A stretch of 64,000 bases of DNA from an uncultured Patescibacteria group bacterium (GTDB lineage Bacteria; Patescibacteriota; Microgenomatia; UBA10105; UBA927). Of the stretch, positions 8,254-17,018 are shown one piece after another. The stretch is taken from positions 38,831-102,830 of the forward strand of contig CAKZSU010000003.1 in assembly GCA_937921305.1 (NCBI GenBank). The letters are read 5' to 3'. Each line of letters begins with the position of its first letter. Positions within the stretch are counted from its first letter, which is position 1. Under the pieces are notes generated by a model. The model made no database searches. It saw nothing but the letters and a program-made list of their open reading frames with translations, and was not told the DNA's origin. Both the position numbers and the translations under genes were made by a program.

Positions 8254-9569
8254 ATGAGATGCTTTGATCGTAACAATTTATGATAGGTAATTGCAAATCG
8301 ATGCGCTTCGTCTCGAAGCCGCATGATGAGTCGAAGCCCTTCATGCGAAAGAGGAAGACGAATGGTTTTCCATCTATCGGTAGATGGTACGATGATCTCC
8401 TCTTCTCGTTTTGCAAGTCCAATGATCGGAATCGTTGAGGGAACAACTGACCGCGCGGCAGAAACTTGGCCCTTTCCTCCATCAACTATAAGAAGATCGG
8501 GAAATTCCCACTCGGGATGACGAAAACGTCGTTGCAAGGCTTCCGTCATCATTGCGAAATCGTTTGGTTTGCCATCGCGGAGTATTTTAAATTTTCTATA
8601 TTCGCTTCGATCGATTTTTCCTTGAATCATAACTACCATGGACGCGGTTGCATGCTGTCCCATTGTGTTAGAAACATCAAAACATTCAATGCGACGAAGT
8701 TTTGTTAATCCCTCATAGTATGGTTGAAGCACTCGTAATAATGCTTGCTCTTCTTTTTCAAACAACTGTTCTATCATGGTGTCGCTTTGCATATAGAGCG
8801 TTGGACTGTACCGTTTGCCTCCAAGATATCGCAGTGCGTCGATTTGCGTTTTGATGAGCGCCGCTTCTTCAAACTTTTCTTGCTTCGCGAGCGATTCCAT
8901 TTCTTTTTCCATTTCTTTTAGGACAGTCATGGATTTTCCGGATAAAATATCTCGGAGCAGGAAGATGTTTTTTCTATAAGTTTGGGTTAGTTTCTTTTTA
9001 AGCGTTTCATCGTTCAATTTCGCGATATATGATGGACAAGGATTGCACAACCCAAGATGCGTATAAAAACATTTCTTGCCATTGCGTTGTTTTTGTGTGC
9101 AATACGGGATGATTCGTCGGAGCGATCGAAATAAATGCCGTGCGACGCTTCCAGATTGAAACGGACCGAAATATAAAATTTCTGATTCGTTATAGTTTTG
9201 TTCCTCTGTTTTTGGTTTTCTCGCAAGATAGACATGAGGCAACGGTTCATTCATCCTGATTGTGATATACAATGGGCTTTTATCGTCTTTCGCTATAGTA
9301 TTAAATTTTGGTTGATAGGTTTTGATCAGCTTTGCTTCAAGCAAGATTGCGTCGAGTTCGCTGATGGTTTCTATCGTTTCTATGTCCGCGATTTCCGAGA
9401 CAAGATGTTTTGTTTTTTCTCCTAATGCGTCGTCTCGTTGAAAATACTGTTTTACCCGTTTCGCGAGGTTGACCGCTTTTCCCACATAAATCACTTCCCC
9501 GTTGACGTTTTTATAGATGTACACGCCGGGCGTTGATGGAAGCGATGAGAGACGATCAGAAAGAGTCAT
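8250..9569 (-). CDS. uvrC: Excinuclease ABC subunit UvrC, short form that appears to lack the C-terminal HhH2 domain
   Basis: GIY-YIG motif (GVYIYKNVNGEVIYVGKAVNLAKRV). UVR domain (EKFEEAALIKTQIDALRYL). RNase H-like endonuclease domain (ECFDVSNTMG). The ORF ends about 60 aa short of a canonical UvrC. Confidence 0.8.
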   Translation of the reverse strand: MTLSDRLSSLPSTPGVYIYKNVNGEVIYVGKAVNLAKRVKQYFQRDDALGEKTKHLVSEIADIETIETISELDAILLEAKLIKTYQPKFNTIAKDDKSPLYITIRMNEPLPHVYLARKPKTEEQNYNESEILYFGPFQSGSVARHLFRSLRRIIPYCTQKQRNGKKCFYTHLGLCNPCPSYIAKLNDETLKKKLTQTYRKNIFLLRDILSGKSMTVLKEMEKEMESLAKQEKFEEAALIKTQIDALRYLGGKRYSPTLYMQSDTMIEQLFEKEEQALLRVLQPYYEGLTKLRRIECFDVSNTMGQHATASMVVMIQGKIDRSEYRKFKILRDGKPNDFAMMTEALQRRFRHPEWEFPDLLIVDGGKGQVSAARSVVPSTIPIIGLAKREEEIIVPSTDRWKTIRLPLSHEGLRLIMRLRDEAHRFAITYHKLLRSKHLI

Positions 9570-9572
9570 ACG

Positions 9573-11369
9573 TTATTTTCTTTTCCTGATGATTATAGCA
9601 AGACCGATAAGAATCCAAATAAAAAGAATTAAACCTGCGCCGACAAATATTAAAGGAATGATTGTCGCGCGGTGCTGGATTGTTGATCCATTGACAGAAG
9701 CGAATAACATCGCTTCTCGCAGAGTGCTTGTTGATGAAAGATTTGCTGAAAATGGAAGAGAAACAACGCCATAAGGCGGGATGAGCGGAATGTCTTTGCT
9801 AATTTGAATAGCGAGATCATCGCTTGAAACAGTCGCAAATGCTCGTTCGCTCGCGACATTGCCACGATTATGAATTAATACATTCCCTTGTGTGGCAAAT
9901 CCAGACACAATGCGCGAAGGAAATTGTATCACGGGGACAACATCAGCTGATTGTATCGGAAGGTTTCCTTCAAAAAACCTTGCCTCGATGTCTTTTCCTG
10001 TTTTGCCTGTTTGTCGATAAAATCCGGCTGGATACGGATAATCGTCTCGAATGCCGTTATAAACAAAGACAATATGGTTAAAATCCATTTTAGAAAAGTA
10101 ATCGATGCCTCCGGTTGTGTGTTTCCATGTGGGATCAACAGGAATCCATTGTTTTTTCTTTTCGTCGTAATACTCTGGCCATGCGTGCAAGATATCCGAA
10201 GAAAGCGATAATGGTCGAAGTCTTGGATTTGTTGTGTGCGCATATCCTACCGCTTGACGGGCTGGGATGCCTGCCGCTCGTGCAAGCGCTATAAACACAT
10301 CAGTGAATTCCATGCAGACCGCATTATCTGGAGACGCAAGCGCGCTTATTGCTCCTTTTCGTTCCGGTTGCTTGTCCACTTGATCATAGTTATATGACAG
10401 CGTATTTACGACAAAATCATAGATATTCTTTGGTGTTTTTAGGCGATTTGCTTCGTTTTGAATCCCTTGATCTTGGGCCTGCCAATAGCTCGTCGCGTGA
10501 CGATGCGGGTCTTTTGGTTCTGGATGAACATAGTCGCTTCGCGGATGAAGGAAAAGTTGCGCGATAATATCCGCGGAAATAGTGAGCATTGAATTCCCTT
10601 CCAATCTGTATCGAGCCAACCAATTTCCGTCGTCATCGACAACGACTGTTTCTGGTTTTGGATTTATCGATTGGATCGTTATATATTGATATGCTGTCGT
10701 TGGCGGCAACGCAATTTCCGTCATGACCGGATATGGTTTTGGGTTTTCCAAGAAATACGATAAAAGCAATTGAAACTGTTGCTCTTTACCAAACGCAAGA
10801 GATACTCCTCCATTAATCAACTTCTCTTTTGACCACACATAGGGCTTGTCTGGTTCTGGTGTCATCAGCGTGGGCGGTCCAAAAGTTTCAGGAATAGACA
10901 GTTTTACGGTATATTCGCCAAGTGTTGAATCTTCCTTCACGCCGGGAATAGAAACTTCCCAAATTGAACCGGTTTTTTTTGTGATGTTTTCATCTTCATA
11001 ATTAAGTTGAAATGATAAGATCTTGCCAAGACCGACGACTTCTTCGTTAAACACGAGACGGATTTCCGTTTTTTCATTTTCTCGTATCACTGATGGAACA
11101 ATCGGTCCTTTTCCGTCAGACGCGGAGATGTTTTTGATTTTATTGCTGTCTATCCGAATAGCGTATTCTTTTGCGTAAAGATTGGTTCGTTTATTGATGA
11201 GCGACACGCGTTGCGTGACAAATGTCGTTCCTTCGTTTGTAATCCGATATGAGATATCGTAGTTGACAACAAAGTCTTCTGCCATAATGTGTTGAGGAAA
11301 TCCAAAGATTGCAGCAATCGACAGTATGATTGCTAAAACATATCTGCCAAAAAGAGTTTGAAGATGCAT
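9573..11369 (-). CDS. Transglutaminase-like superfamily membrane protein
   Basis: Signal/TM at the N-terminus and a TM anchor at the C-terminus. Transglutaminase core with the Cys (CMEFTDVFIALARAAGIPAR), His (HAWPEYY) and Asp (VDPT) triad. Confidence 0.75.
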   Translation of the reverse strand: MHLQTLFGRYVLAIILSIAAIFGFPQHIMAEDFVVNYDISYRITNEGTTFVTQRVSLINKRTNLYAKEYAIRIDSNKIKNISASDGKGPIVPSVIRENEKTEIRLVFNEEVVGLGKILSFQLNYEDENITKKTGSIWEVSIPGVKEDSTLGEYTVKLSIPETFGPPTLMTPEPDKPYVWSKEKLINGGVSLAFGKEQQFQLLLSYFLENPKPYPVMTEIALPPTTAYQYITIQSINPKPETVVVDDDGNWLARYRLEGNSMLTISADIIAQLFLHPRSDYVHPEPKDPHRHATSYWQAQDQGIQNEANRLKTPKNIYDFVVNTLSYNYDQVDKQPERKGAISALASPDNAVCMEFTDVFIALARAAGIPARQAVGYAHTTNPRLRPLSLSSDILHAWPEYYDEKKKQWIPVDPTWKHTTGGIDYFSKMDFNHIVFVYNGIRDDYPYPAGFYRQTGKTGKDIEARFFEGNLPIQSADVVPVIQFPSRIVSGFATQGNVLIHNRGNVASERAFATVSSDDLAIQISKDIPLIPPYGVVSLPFSANLSSTSTLREAMLFASVNGSTIQHRATIIPLIFVGAGLILFIWILIGLAIIIRKRK

Positions 11370-11458
11370 ATGTAGGTATTATAAAATGCTTTTTTCATGA
11401 ATAGCTTGGAGCAGTCATTTTCAGGAAGTATTCAGCTGGTTGATTTATACTAAAACAT

Positions 11459-12142
11459 ATGAGAATTCTTGTTGTTGAAGACGACGTGGTGATCGCTCAA
11501 GCGATTAAAAAGGGATTAGAGCAAGAAAAAGGATTTGCGGTTGACATTGTACATGATGGGGAAAAAGGATATGATCTTGCCTCTTCAGAATCGTTTGATT
11601 GTATTATTCTTGATCGTATGATTCCAAAGATAGACGGACTTTCTCTTTGTCATATGCTTCGAAACGAACAGAATACCGTTCCCATTCTCATGCTTACTGC
11701 GAAAGGACAAACATATGAAAAGGTCGAAGGATTGAACGCCGGCGCTGACGACTATCTCCCAAAGCCGTTTTCATTTGACGAGTTAGTTGCTCGCGTCCGC
11801 GCATTGACAAGAAGACCAAAAACAATGATACCAGATCGCATCGTGATTGCGGATTTCGTTATGGACACAGTGTCATATGCCGTCTCTCGAGCTGGACAGA
11901 GCATTCCGTTGACGCAAAAAGAATACGCGGTTCTAAAATACCTTGCAATCCATTCGCCGAGCATAGTGACAAAAGATCAACTGATCGAGCATGTCTGGAG
12001 TTTTGACGCGGACATCTTGCCGAATACCGTGGAAGCGGTGATAAAAAATTTGAGAAAAAAAATTGACGATCCATTTCCTGAACCGATCATCCATACTGTT
12101 CGAGGGTTTGGATATAAAATATGTTCAAAAATGCGCGGATAA
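11459..12142 (+). CDS. Two-component response regulator, OmpR/PhoB family
   Basis: Receiver domain (MRILVVEDD...ILDRMIP...LTAK) and a winged-helix C-terminal trans_reg_C region. Confidence 0.9.
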   Translation: MRILVVEDDVVIAQAIKKGLEQEKGFAVDIVHDGEKGYDLASSESFDCIILDRMIPKIDGLSLCHMLRNEQNTVPILMLTAKGQTYEKVEGLNAGADDYLPKPFSFDELVARVRALTRRPKTMIPDRIVIADFVMDTVSYAVSRAGQSIPLTQKEYAVLKYLAIHSPSIVTKDQLIEHVWSFDADILPNTVEAVIKNLRKKIDDPFPEPIIHTVRGFGYKICSKMRG

Positions 12143-13143
12143 CGCTTACGTTTTGGTACACGATCGTGATCGTGATTGTTAGTGCGCTATTTAGCGTCGC
12201 GTTGTTTCATATGTCAAGCAGAGAATTAGATCGTGTCGAGCGAATGCACGCGCGACGAATTCGCCGATGGATGGATCTAGGCTTGCCTATTCCTGACGAT
12301 CCGTCTTCTCGTCGTCTTCTCCCATTTCAAGATCCAGAAATTATTCGCGATATGAAAGATCGTCTTGCATTTCAATTGATTGGCTTAAATGGTGTCATTT
12401 TGTTGATTTCAAGCGTTGGCGGGTATGTTTTGGCTGGAAAAACATTGCGTCCGATTCAAGATATGATGGAAGAACAAAAACAATTCATCTCCGACGCGTC
12501 TCATGAATTAAAAACGCCGATCACTGCATTGAAAACGACGCTTGAGGTATATCAACGAGATAAAAAGAAAACCATTGAGGAAGCAAATCGTGTGATTGAT
12601 CAAAGCCTTGAGCAAACGAATCGCATGCAACGGCTTATTCAACGTCTTCTTTCTCAATCGAAACTTGATTCGGATTATCATGAAGCTCATGCTCGTGTCG
12701 ATCTTCAGGATGTTGTGCGCGCAAGCATTCACAATATGAATCCATTGGCAAAAGCAAAAGGAATCATATTGGAAAATCAACTCAGTGAAGCGTTCATTAT
12801 GGGAGATCGAGAGCGTCTTGAGGAATTATTTGGCATTCTTATTGACAACGCTATAAAATATTCCCCTTCTTCTGCGATTATCCGCGTCGTTATGAAGCGA
12901 TCTCTTCGATCGGTGGATGTTTCTGTTATAGATACTGGTCCCGGCATTCCAAAATCTGAGCATGAGCGAATTTTTCGTCGGTTTTGTCGAGGAGACGCGT
13001 CGCGATCAAGCGAATCGGAAAGTTTTGGGCTTGGTCTTTCTATCGCAAAACGTATTGTCGATCTTCATCACGGTCGGATACGGGTGATAAGCGAAGAAGG
13101 AAACGGATCGACATTCGTTGTTTCATTGCCGATAACTTCATAA
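12121..13143 (+). CDS. Sensor histidine kinase
   Basis: Two TM segments, HisKA H-box (SHELKTPITAL), and HATPase_c G-boxes (DTGPGIP, GLGLSIAKRIV). Overlaps the response regulator gene by 22 nt. Confidence 0.85.
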   Translation: MFKNARITLTFWYTIVIVIVSALFSVALFHMSSRELDRVERMHARRIRRWMDLGLPIPDDPSSRRLLPFQDPEIIRDMKDRLAFQLIGLNGVILLISSVGGYVLAGKTLRPIQDMMEEQKQFISDASHELKTPITALKTTLEVYQRDKKKTIEEANRVIDQSLEQTNRMQRLIQRLLSQSKLDSDYHEAHARVDLQDVVRASIHNMNPLAKAKGIILENQLSEAFIMGDRERLEELFGILIDNAIKYSPSSAIIRVVMKRSLRSVDVSVIDTGPGIPKSEHERIFRRFCRGDASRSSESESFGLGLSIAKRIVDLHHGRIRVISEEGNGSTFVVSLPITS

Positions 13144-13205
13144 TTCTTCAGGTATTTTTCAGCTACGCATCGTATCGTACAAGGTAGAAAAGGAGGTGAG
13201 AACGA

Positions 13206-13673
13206 ATGAAAACATCACACATTATTGCCGTAGCGATTAGTCTTTCTGCGCTGCTCCCTGTGTCTCATGCGTACGCCTATGGCTATGGAGCTACGTCGCA
13301 TGATACCGTTGTCCAACGGATTGCGCAGAAGTTCGGATTGCAAAAATCAAGCGTTCAATCGGTGTTTGACGATATAAGAAAAGAACGACAAGCCGAGATG
13401 CAAAAGCAATTGGAAGAACGACTGACGCAAGCGGTAAAAGATGGCAAATTAACAGATGCCCAGAAGAATCTCATCCTCGCGAAGCATAAAGATATGCAAG
13501 CGAATCGAGAGAAAAATAGAGAGGCGTGGATGAAGATGACACCGGAAGAACGAAGAAATGAAAGACAAAAGACGCGAGCAGAATTTGAAGCGTGGGCAAA
13601 AACGAACAATATTCCCCCTGAGTGGGTTATGCCGTATGGACGAGGAGGCATGGGAATGGGTAGATGGAAGTAA
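13206..13673 (+). CDS. Secreted LTXXQ-motif protein, CpxP/Spy-like periplasmic chaperone family
   Basis: Signal peptide, LTDAQKNLI motif, a highly charged helical body and a Gly/Met-rich C-terminus. Located immediately downstream of the two-component pair. Confidence 0.45.
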   Translation: MKTSHIIAVAISLSALLPVSHAYAYGYGATSHDTVVQRIAQKFGLQKSSVQSVFDDIRKERQAEMQKQLEERLTQAVKDGKLTDAQKNLILAKHKDMQANREKNREAWMKMTPEERRNERQKTRAEFEAWAKTNNIPPEWVMPYGRGGMGMGRWK

Positions 13674-13683
13674 CCTCGTGAGC

Positions 13684-13730
13684 AAGGAGATCGGAATAGT
13701 AAGCGGTTTTATCGCTCTTCCGATCTCCTT
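13684..13730. terminator. Bidirectional intrinsic terminator hairpin between the LTXXQ gene and uvrA
   Basis: Perfect 13-bp inverted repeat AAGGAGATCGGAA / TTCCGATCTCCTT with a 21-nt loop. Followed by a T-rich tract on the plus strand and lying just 3' of the uvrA stop on the minus strand. Confidence 0.55.
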
Positions 13731-13752
13731 TTGCATATACTTTTGCATATAT

Positions 13753-16700
13753 TTATAGACACCGCTTCAAGAAATGTCCTGTATAAGATTGAGGATGATT
13801 TGCAACATCTTCTGGCGTTCCAATAGCAACGATTTCTCCGCCTGCGTCTCCCCCTTCTAGTCCAAGATCGATAATCCAATCGGCATTTTTAATAATATCA
13901 AGATTGTGCTCAATCACAATTACCGTGTTTCCTCTTTCTGTTAGTTTATGCAACACAGACAGCAATTTTTCTAAATCGGCAAAGTGCAATCCTGTTGTTG
14001 GTTCGTCAAGAATATACACAGTTTTTCCTGTCGATCGGCGAGATAATTCCGCCGCAAGTTTGACCCGTTGCGCTTCTCCTCCGGAAAGCGTCGGAGCCGG
14101 CTGACCAAGATGAATATATCCAAGGCCGACTTCTTCTATCGTGGACAATTTTTCTCGTAACGCAGGATGATGGGCAAAAAATTCTATCGCCTCTGACACG
14201 GTCATATCGAGGACTTGCGCGATGTTTTTTCCATGATAAAGGACTTCCAATGTTTCCTGATTGTATCGTGTTCCATGGCAAACTTCGCAGGTGATATAAA
14301 TATCCGATAGAAACTGCATTTCGATTTTTTTCTGCCCCTCTCCTTCACACGCTTCACATCGTCCGCCTTTCACATTAAAGGAGAAACGACCAGGTTTATA
14401 CCCTCGAAGCTTCGCTTCGGGAAGATTGCTAAATAAATCACGGATGAAGGAAAATATGCCGATATATGTTGCCGGATTGCTTCGAGGCGTTCTTCCGATC
14501 GGGGACTGATCAATCAAAATAACTTTATCGATATATTCTATGCCTTCAATCGCGTCGTATTTCCCCGGTGTCGCTTTGGAAAGCGAATTGAGTTTGCTCT
14601 GAAGCGCTGGGTACAATGTTTCGACCACAAGCGTTGATTTTCCCGATCCAGAGACTCCGGTGACGCAGATAAATGTTCCCAGTGGAAACTCGACAGTCAC
14701 ATGTTTTAGATTGTTTTCCGACGCGCCGACAAGACGAAGGACGCGCTGTTGTTCTTCTGATTCCAAGACTTTTCGTTTTCTTGGTCGATTGATTGTTTTT
14801 TTTCCCAAAAGATATGGTGCGGTGACAGAACGAGGATTCTTTAACACCTCCTGCAGTGTTCCCATTGACACAATTGTTCCTCCCTTCGCTCCTGCTCCTG
14901 GTCCAATGTCAACAAGAATATCCGAAGCCTCCATCGTGTCTCGATCGTGCTCTACGACCAACACGGTATTTCCTAAATCTCGAAGTTTTTTCAATGTTTC
15001 AATCAAGCGATAATTGTCTCGTTGGTGAAGCCCAATCGATGGTTCGTCGAGCACATATAAAACGCCGGAAAGTCCAGAGCCGATTTGAGACGCAAGACGG
15101 ATTCGTTGCGCTTCTCCTCCGGAAAGCGTCGTCGCGGTCCGAGACAATGTTAAGTAGTCCAAGCCGACTGATACCAAAAACTGAAGTCTCGCTTTGATTT
15201 CTTTGAGTATTGGACGCGCGATCATCATTTCTTGTTCGGATAATAGTTCTTCTTTTTTCGATTCGAGATGATCAATCCACGAAAGAGCCTGTTGAATAGA
15301 TTTTTCTGTCACATCGGCGATTGATTCTCCGTTGATTGTGATGGTTAGCGCTTCTTGTTTTAATCGCCTACCATGACATGTTCCGCACACTTCGTTGCGC
15401 ATGTATTTTTCGATTTCGCTTCTCATGTATTCTGATTCAGATTCAGCATATCGTCGTTTTAACTCCCCAACGATGCCGATGAATGGCTCCACAATCGTTG
15501 TCATTTCTCCTTGTTTGTTGGTGCCCGGAACGCGGTGTAGTTCGTCGCCGGTGCCGTAGAGCAATAGCTCTCGTTGTTTCTCTGTTATATACTTGAGCGG
15601 TTTTCTTGGATCTATGCAGATTTTTTTCGCGACAGTGAGCACGATGCGAGAAAACCATGTATCGTGAAAAAACATCTTTGCAAATGGCAAAATGCCTCCT
15701 TCGGAAATGGACAATTCTGGATTAATAACGAGTGATGGATCGACATTGAGGACATATCCAATACCGCTACAGGTAGGACACGCGCCATGAGGGGAGTTAA
15801 AGGAGAAGGTTCGAGGTTCGATCTCTGAAATGGAAATGTTATCAATTGGACAAGAAAATCGCTCGGAAAAAATATGATCTTTCAAGTTTTTTGGTTTCAC
15901 CGGGATATCAAATCCCGCGTCGTGAATCTCCGCCATGATCACCAATCCTTCGGATAAATTGACAGCTTGCTCAACCGCGTCGGCGATCCTTCCTCGAAAC
16001 GAGGAAAATGCCGCTTCGTCATGATTCGGCTGTTTAATAACTTTCGCGATTGATCCATCCACGCTGATTCGGTCAATTACCACATCGATGCTGTGTTTGT
16101 TGTTTTTTAGAAGCATGATATCTTCATCAAAAAGATCGATGATTGTTCCGTCAACGCGAACTTGGCGGTATCCTTTGGCACGAAGATTATCAAACAAGGA
16201 TGTAAATTCTCCTTTTCTGTCGCGAACCACCGGAGAAAGAATGAGGAAACGAAACATTTTGCTTCGTGTTTCTGCCATGCCCTGGATAATAAATTCGAGA
16301 ATTTTTTGAACAATTTGTTGGGGAGATTGCTTGCTGATTTCTCTTCCGCATATTGGACAATGCGGGTGACCGATTCTTGCGAACAAAAGACGAAGATAAT
16401 CATAAATTTCCGTTACAGTTCCGACGGTTGAGCGAGGATTGTGCGATGTGGATTTTTGATCAATCGAAATCGCTGGAGAAAGCCCTTCGATACTATCTAC
16501 ATCTGGTTTATCCATAACGCCAAGGAATTGGCGAGCATATGAAGAAAGAGACTCCACGTATCGTCGTTGACCTTCGGCGTAAATTGTGTCAAACGCCAGG
16601 GATGATTTGCCTGATCCTGACAATCCGGTAAACACGATCAGTTTGTTTTTGGGAAGTTCTATCGTGATGTTTTTGAGATTATGCTGTCGAGCACCTTTGA

Positions 16701-16770
16701 CAATAAGTCTATCCATACGAAAAGACCACCGATAGTTCTCCGTGGCAGGAGGTAGTATAGCATAAATCAT
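13753..16770 (-). CDS. uvrA: Excinuclease ABC subunit UvrA
   Basis: 1005 aa. Two ABC ATPase modules ([20 protein letters not shown]), zinc-finger CxxC pairs, and LSGGEAQR signatures. Confidence 0.95.
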   Translation of the reverse strand: MIYAILPPATENYRWSFRMDRLIVKGARQHNLKNITIELPKNKLIVFTGLSGSGKSSLAFDTIYAEGQRRYVESLSSYARQFLGVMDKPDVDSIEGLSPAISIDQKSTSHNPRSTVGTVTEIYDYLRLLFARIGHPHCPICGREISKQSPQQIVQKILEFIIQGMAETRSKMFRFLILSPVVRDRKGEFTSLFDNLRAKGYRQVRVDGTIIDLFDEDIMLLKNNKHSIDVVIDRISVDGSIAKVIKQPNHDEAAFSSFRGRIADAVEQAVNLSEGLVIMAEIHDAGFDIPVKPKNLKDHIFSERFSCPIDNISISEIEPRTFSFNSPHGACPTCSGIGYVLNVDPSLVINPELSISEGGILPFAKMFFHDTWFSRIVLTVAKKICIDPRKPLKYITEKQRELLLYGTGDELHRVPGTNKQGEMTTIVEPFIGIVGELKRRYAESESEYMRSEIEKYMRNEVCGTCHGRRLKQEALTITINGESIADVTEKSIQQALSWIDHLESKKEELLSEQEMMIARPILKEIKARLQFLVSVGLDYLTLSRTATTLSGGEAQRIRLASQIGSGLSGVLYVLDEPSIGLHQRDNYRLIETLKKLRDLGNTVLVVEHDRDTMEASDILVDIGPGAGAKGGTIVSMGTLQEVLKNPRSVTAPYLLGKKTINRPRKRKVLESEEQQRVLRLVGASENNLKHVTVEFPLGTFICVTGVSGSGKSTLVVETLYPALQSKLNSLSKATPGKYDAIEGIEYIDKVILIDQSPIGRTPRSNPATYIGIFSFIRDLFSNLPEAKLRGYKPGRFSFNVKGGRCEACEGEGQKKIEMQFLSDIYITCEVCHGTRYNQETLEVLYHGKNIAQVLDMTVSEAIEFFAHHPALREKLSTIEEVGLGYIHLGQPAPTLSGGEAQRVKLAAELSRRSTGKTVYILDEPTTGLHFADLEKLLSVLHKLTERGNTVIVIEHNLDIIKNADWIIDLGLEGGDAGGEIVAIGTPEDVANHPQSYTGHFLKRCL

Positions 16771-17018
16771 GGCCTCTTACCTTTTTGTTTTTTACATTGT
16801 CATCCCGAACTCAGCTTCTGTTATCCTAAATTTGGTTCAGGATCTGGAGAGCCTCAAAGAAAGACTCTCTTTTTTTCAATCTCTATAAGATGCTGAAGTA
16901 AATTCAGTATGACATAAGAAAAACGAATGATATAACGAATTTACTGGAAAAAGATTATTAACAGCATGTTGTCTATCTTGTTTTCTATCATCTTTATATG
17001 AAACAATAGATACTATCT

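Noticed and set aside
8222-8485. 87-aa minus-strand ORF overlapping the uvrC 3' end and the DUF360 start
   Set aside because: It is out of frame with, and completely overlapped by, the confident uvrC coding sequence. It has no motifs and is spurious.
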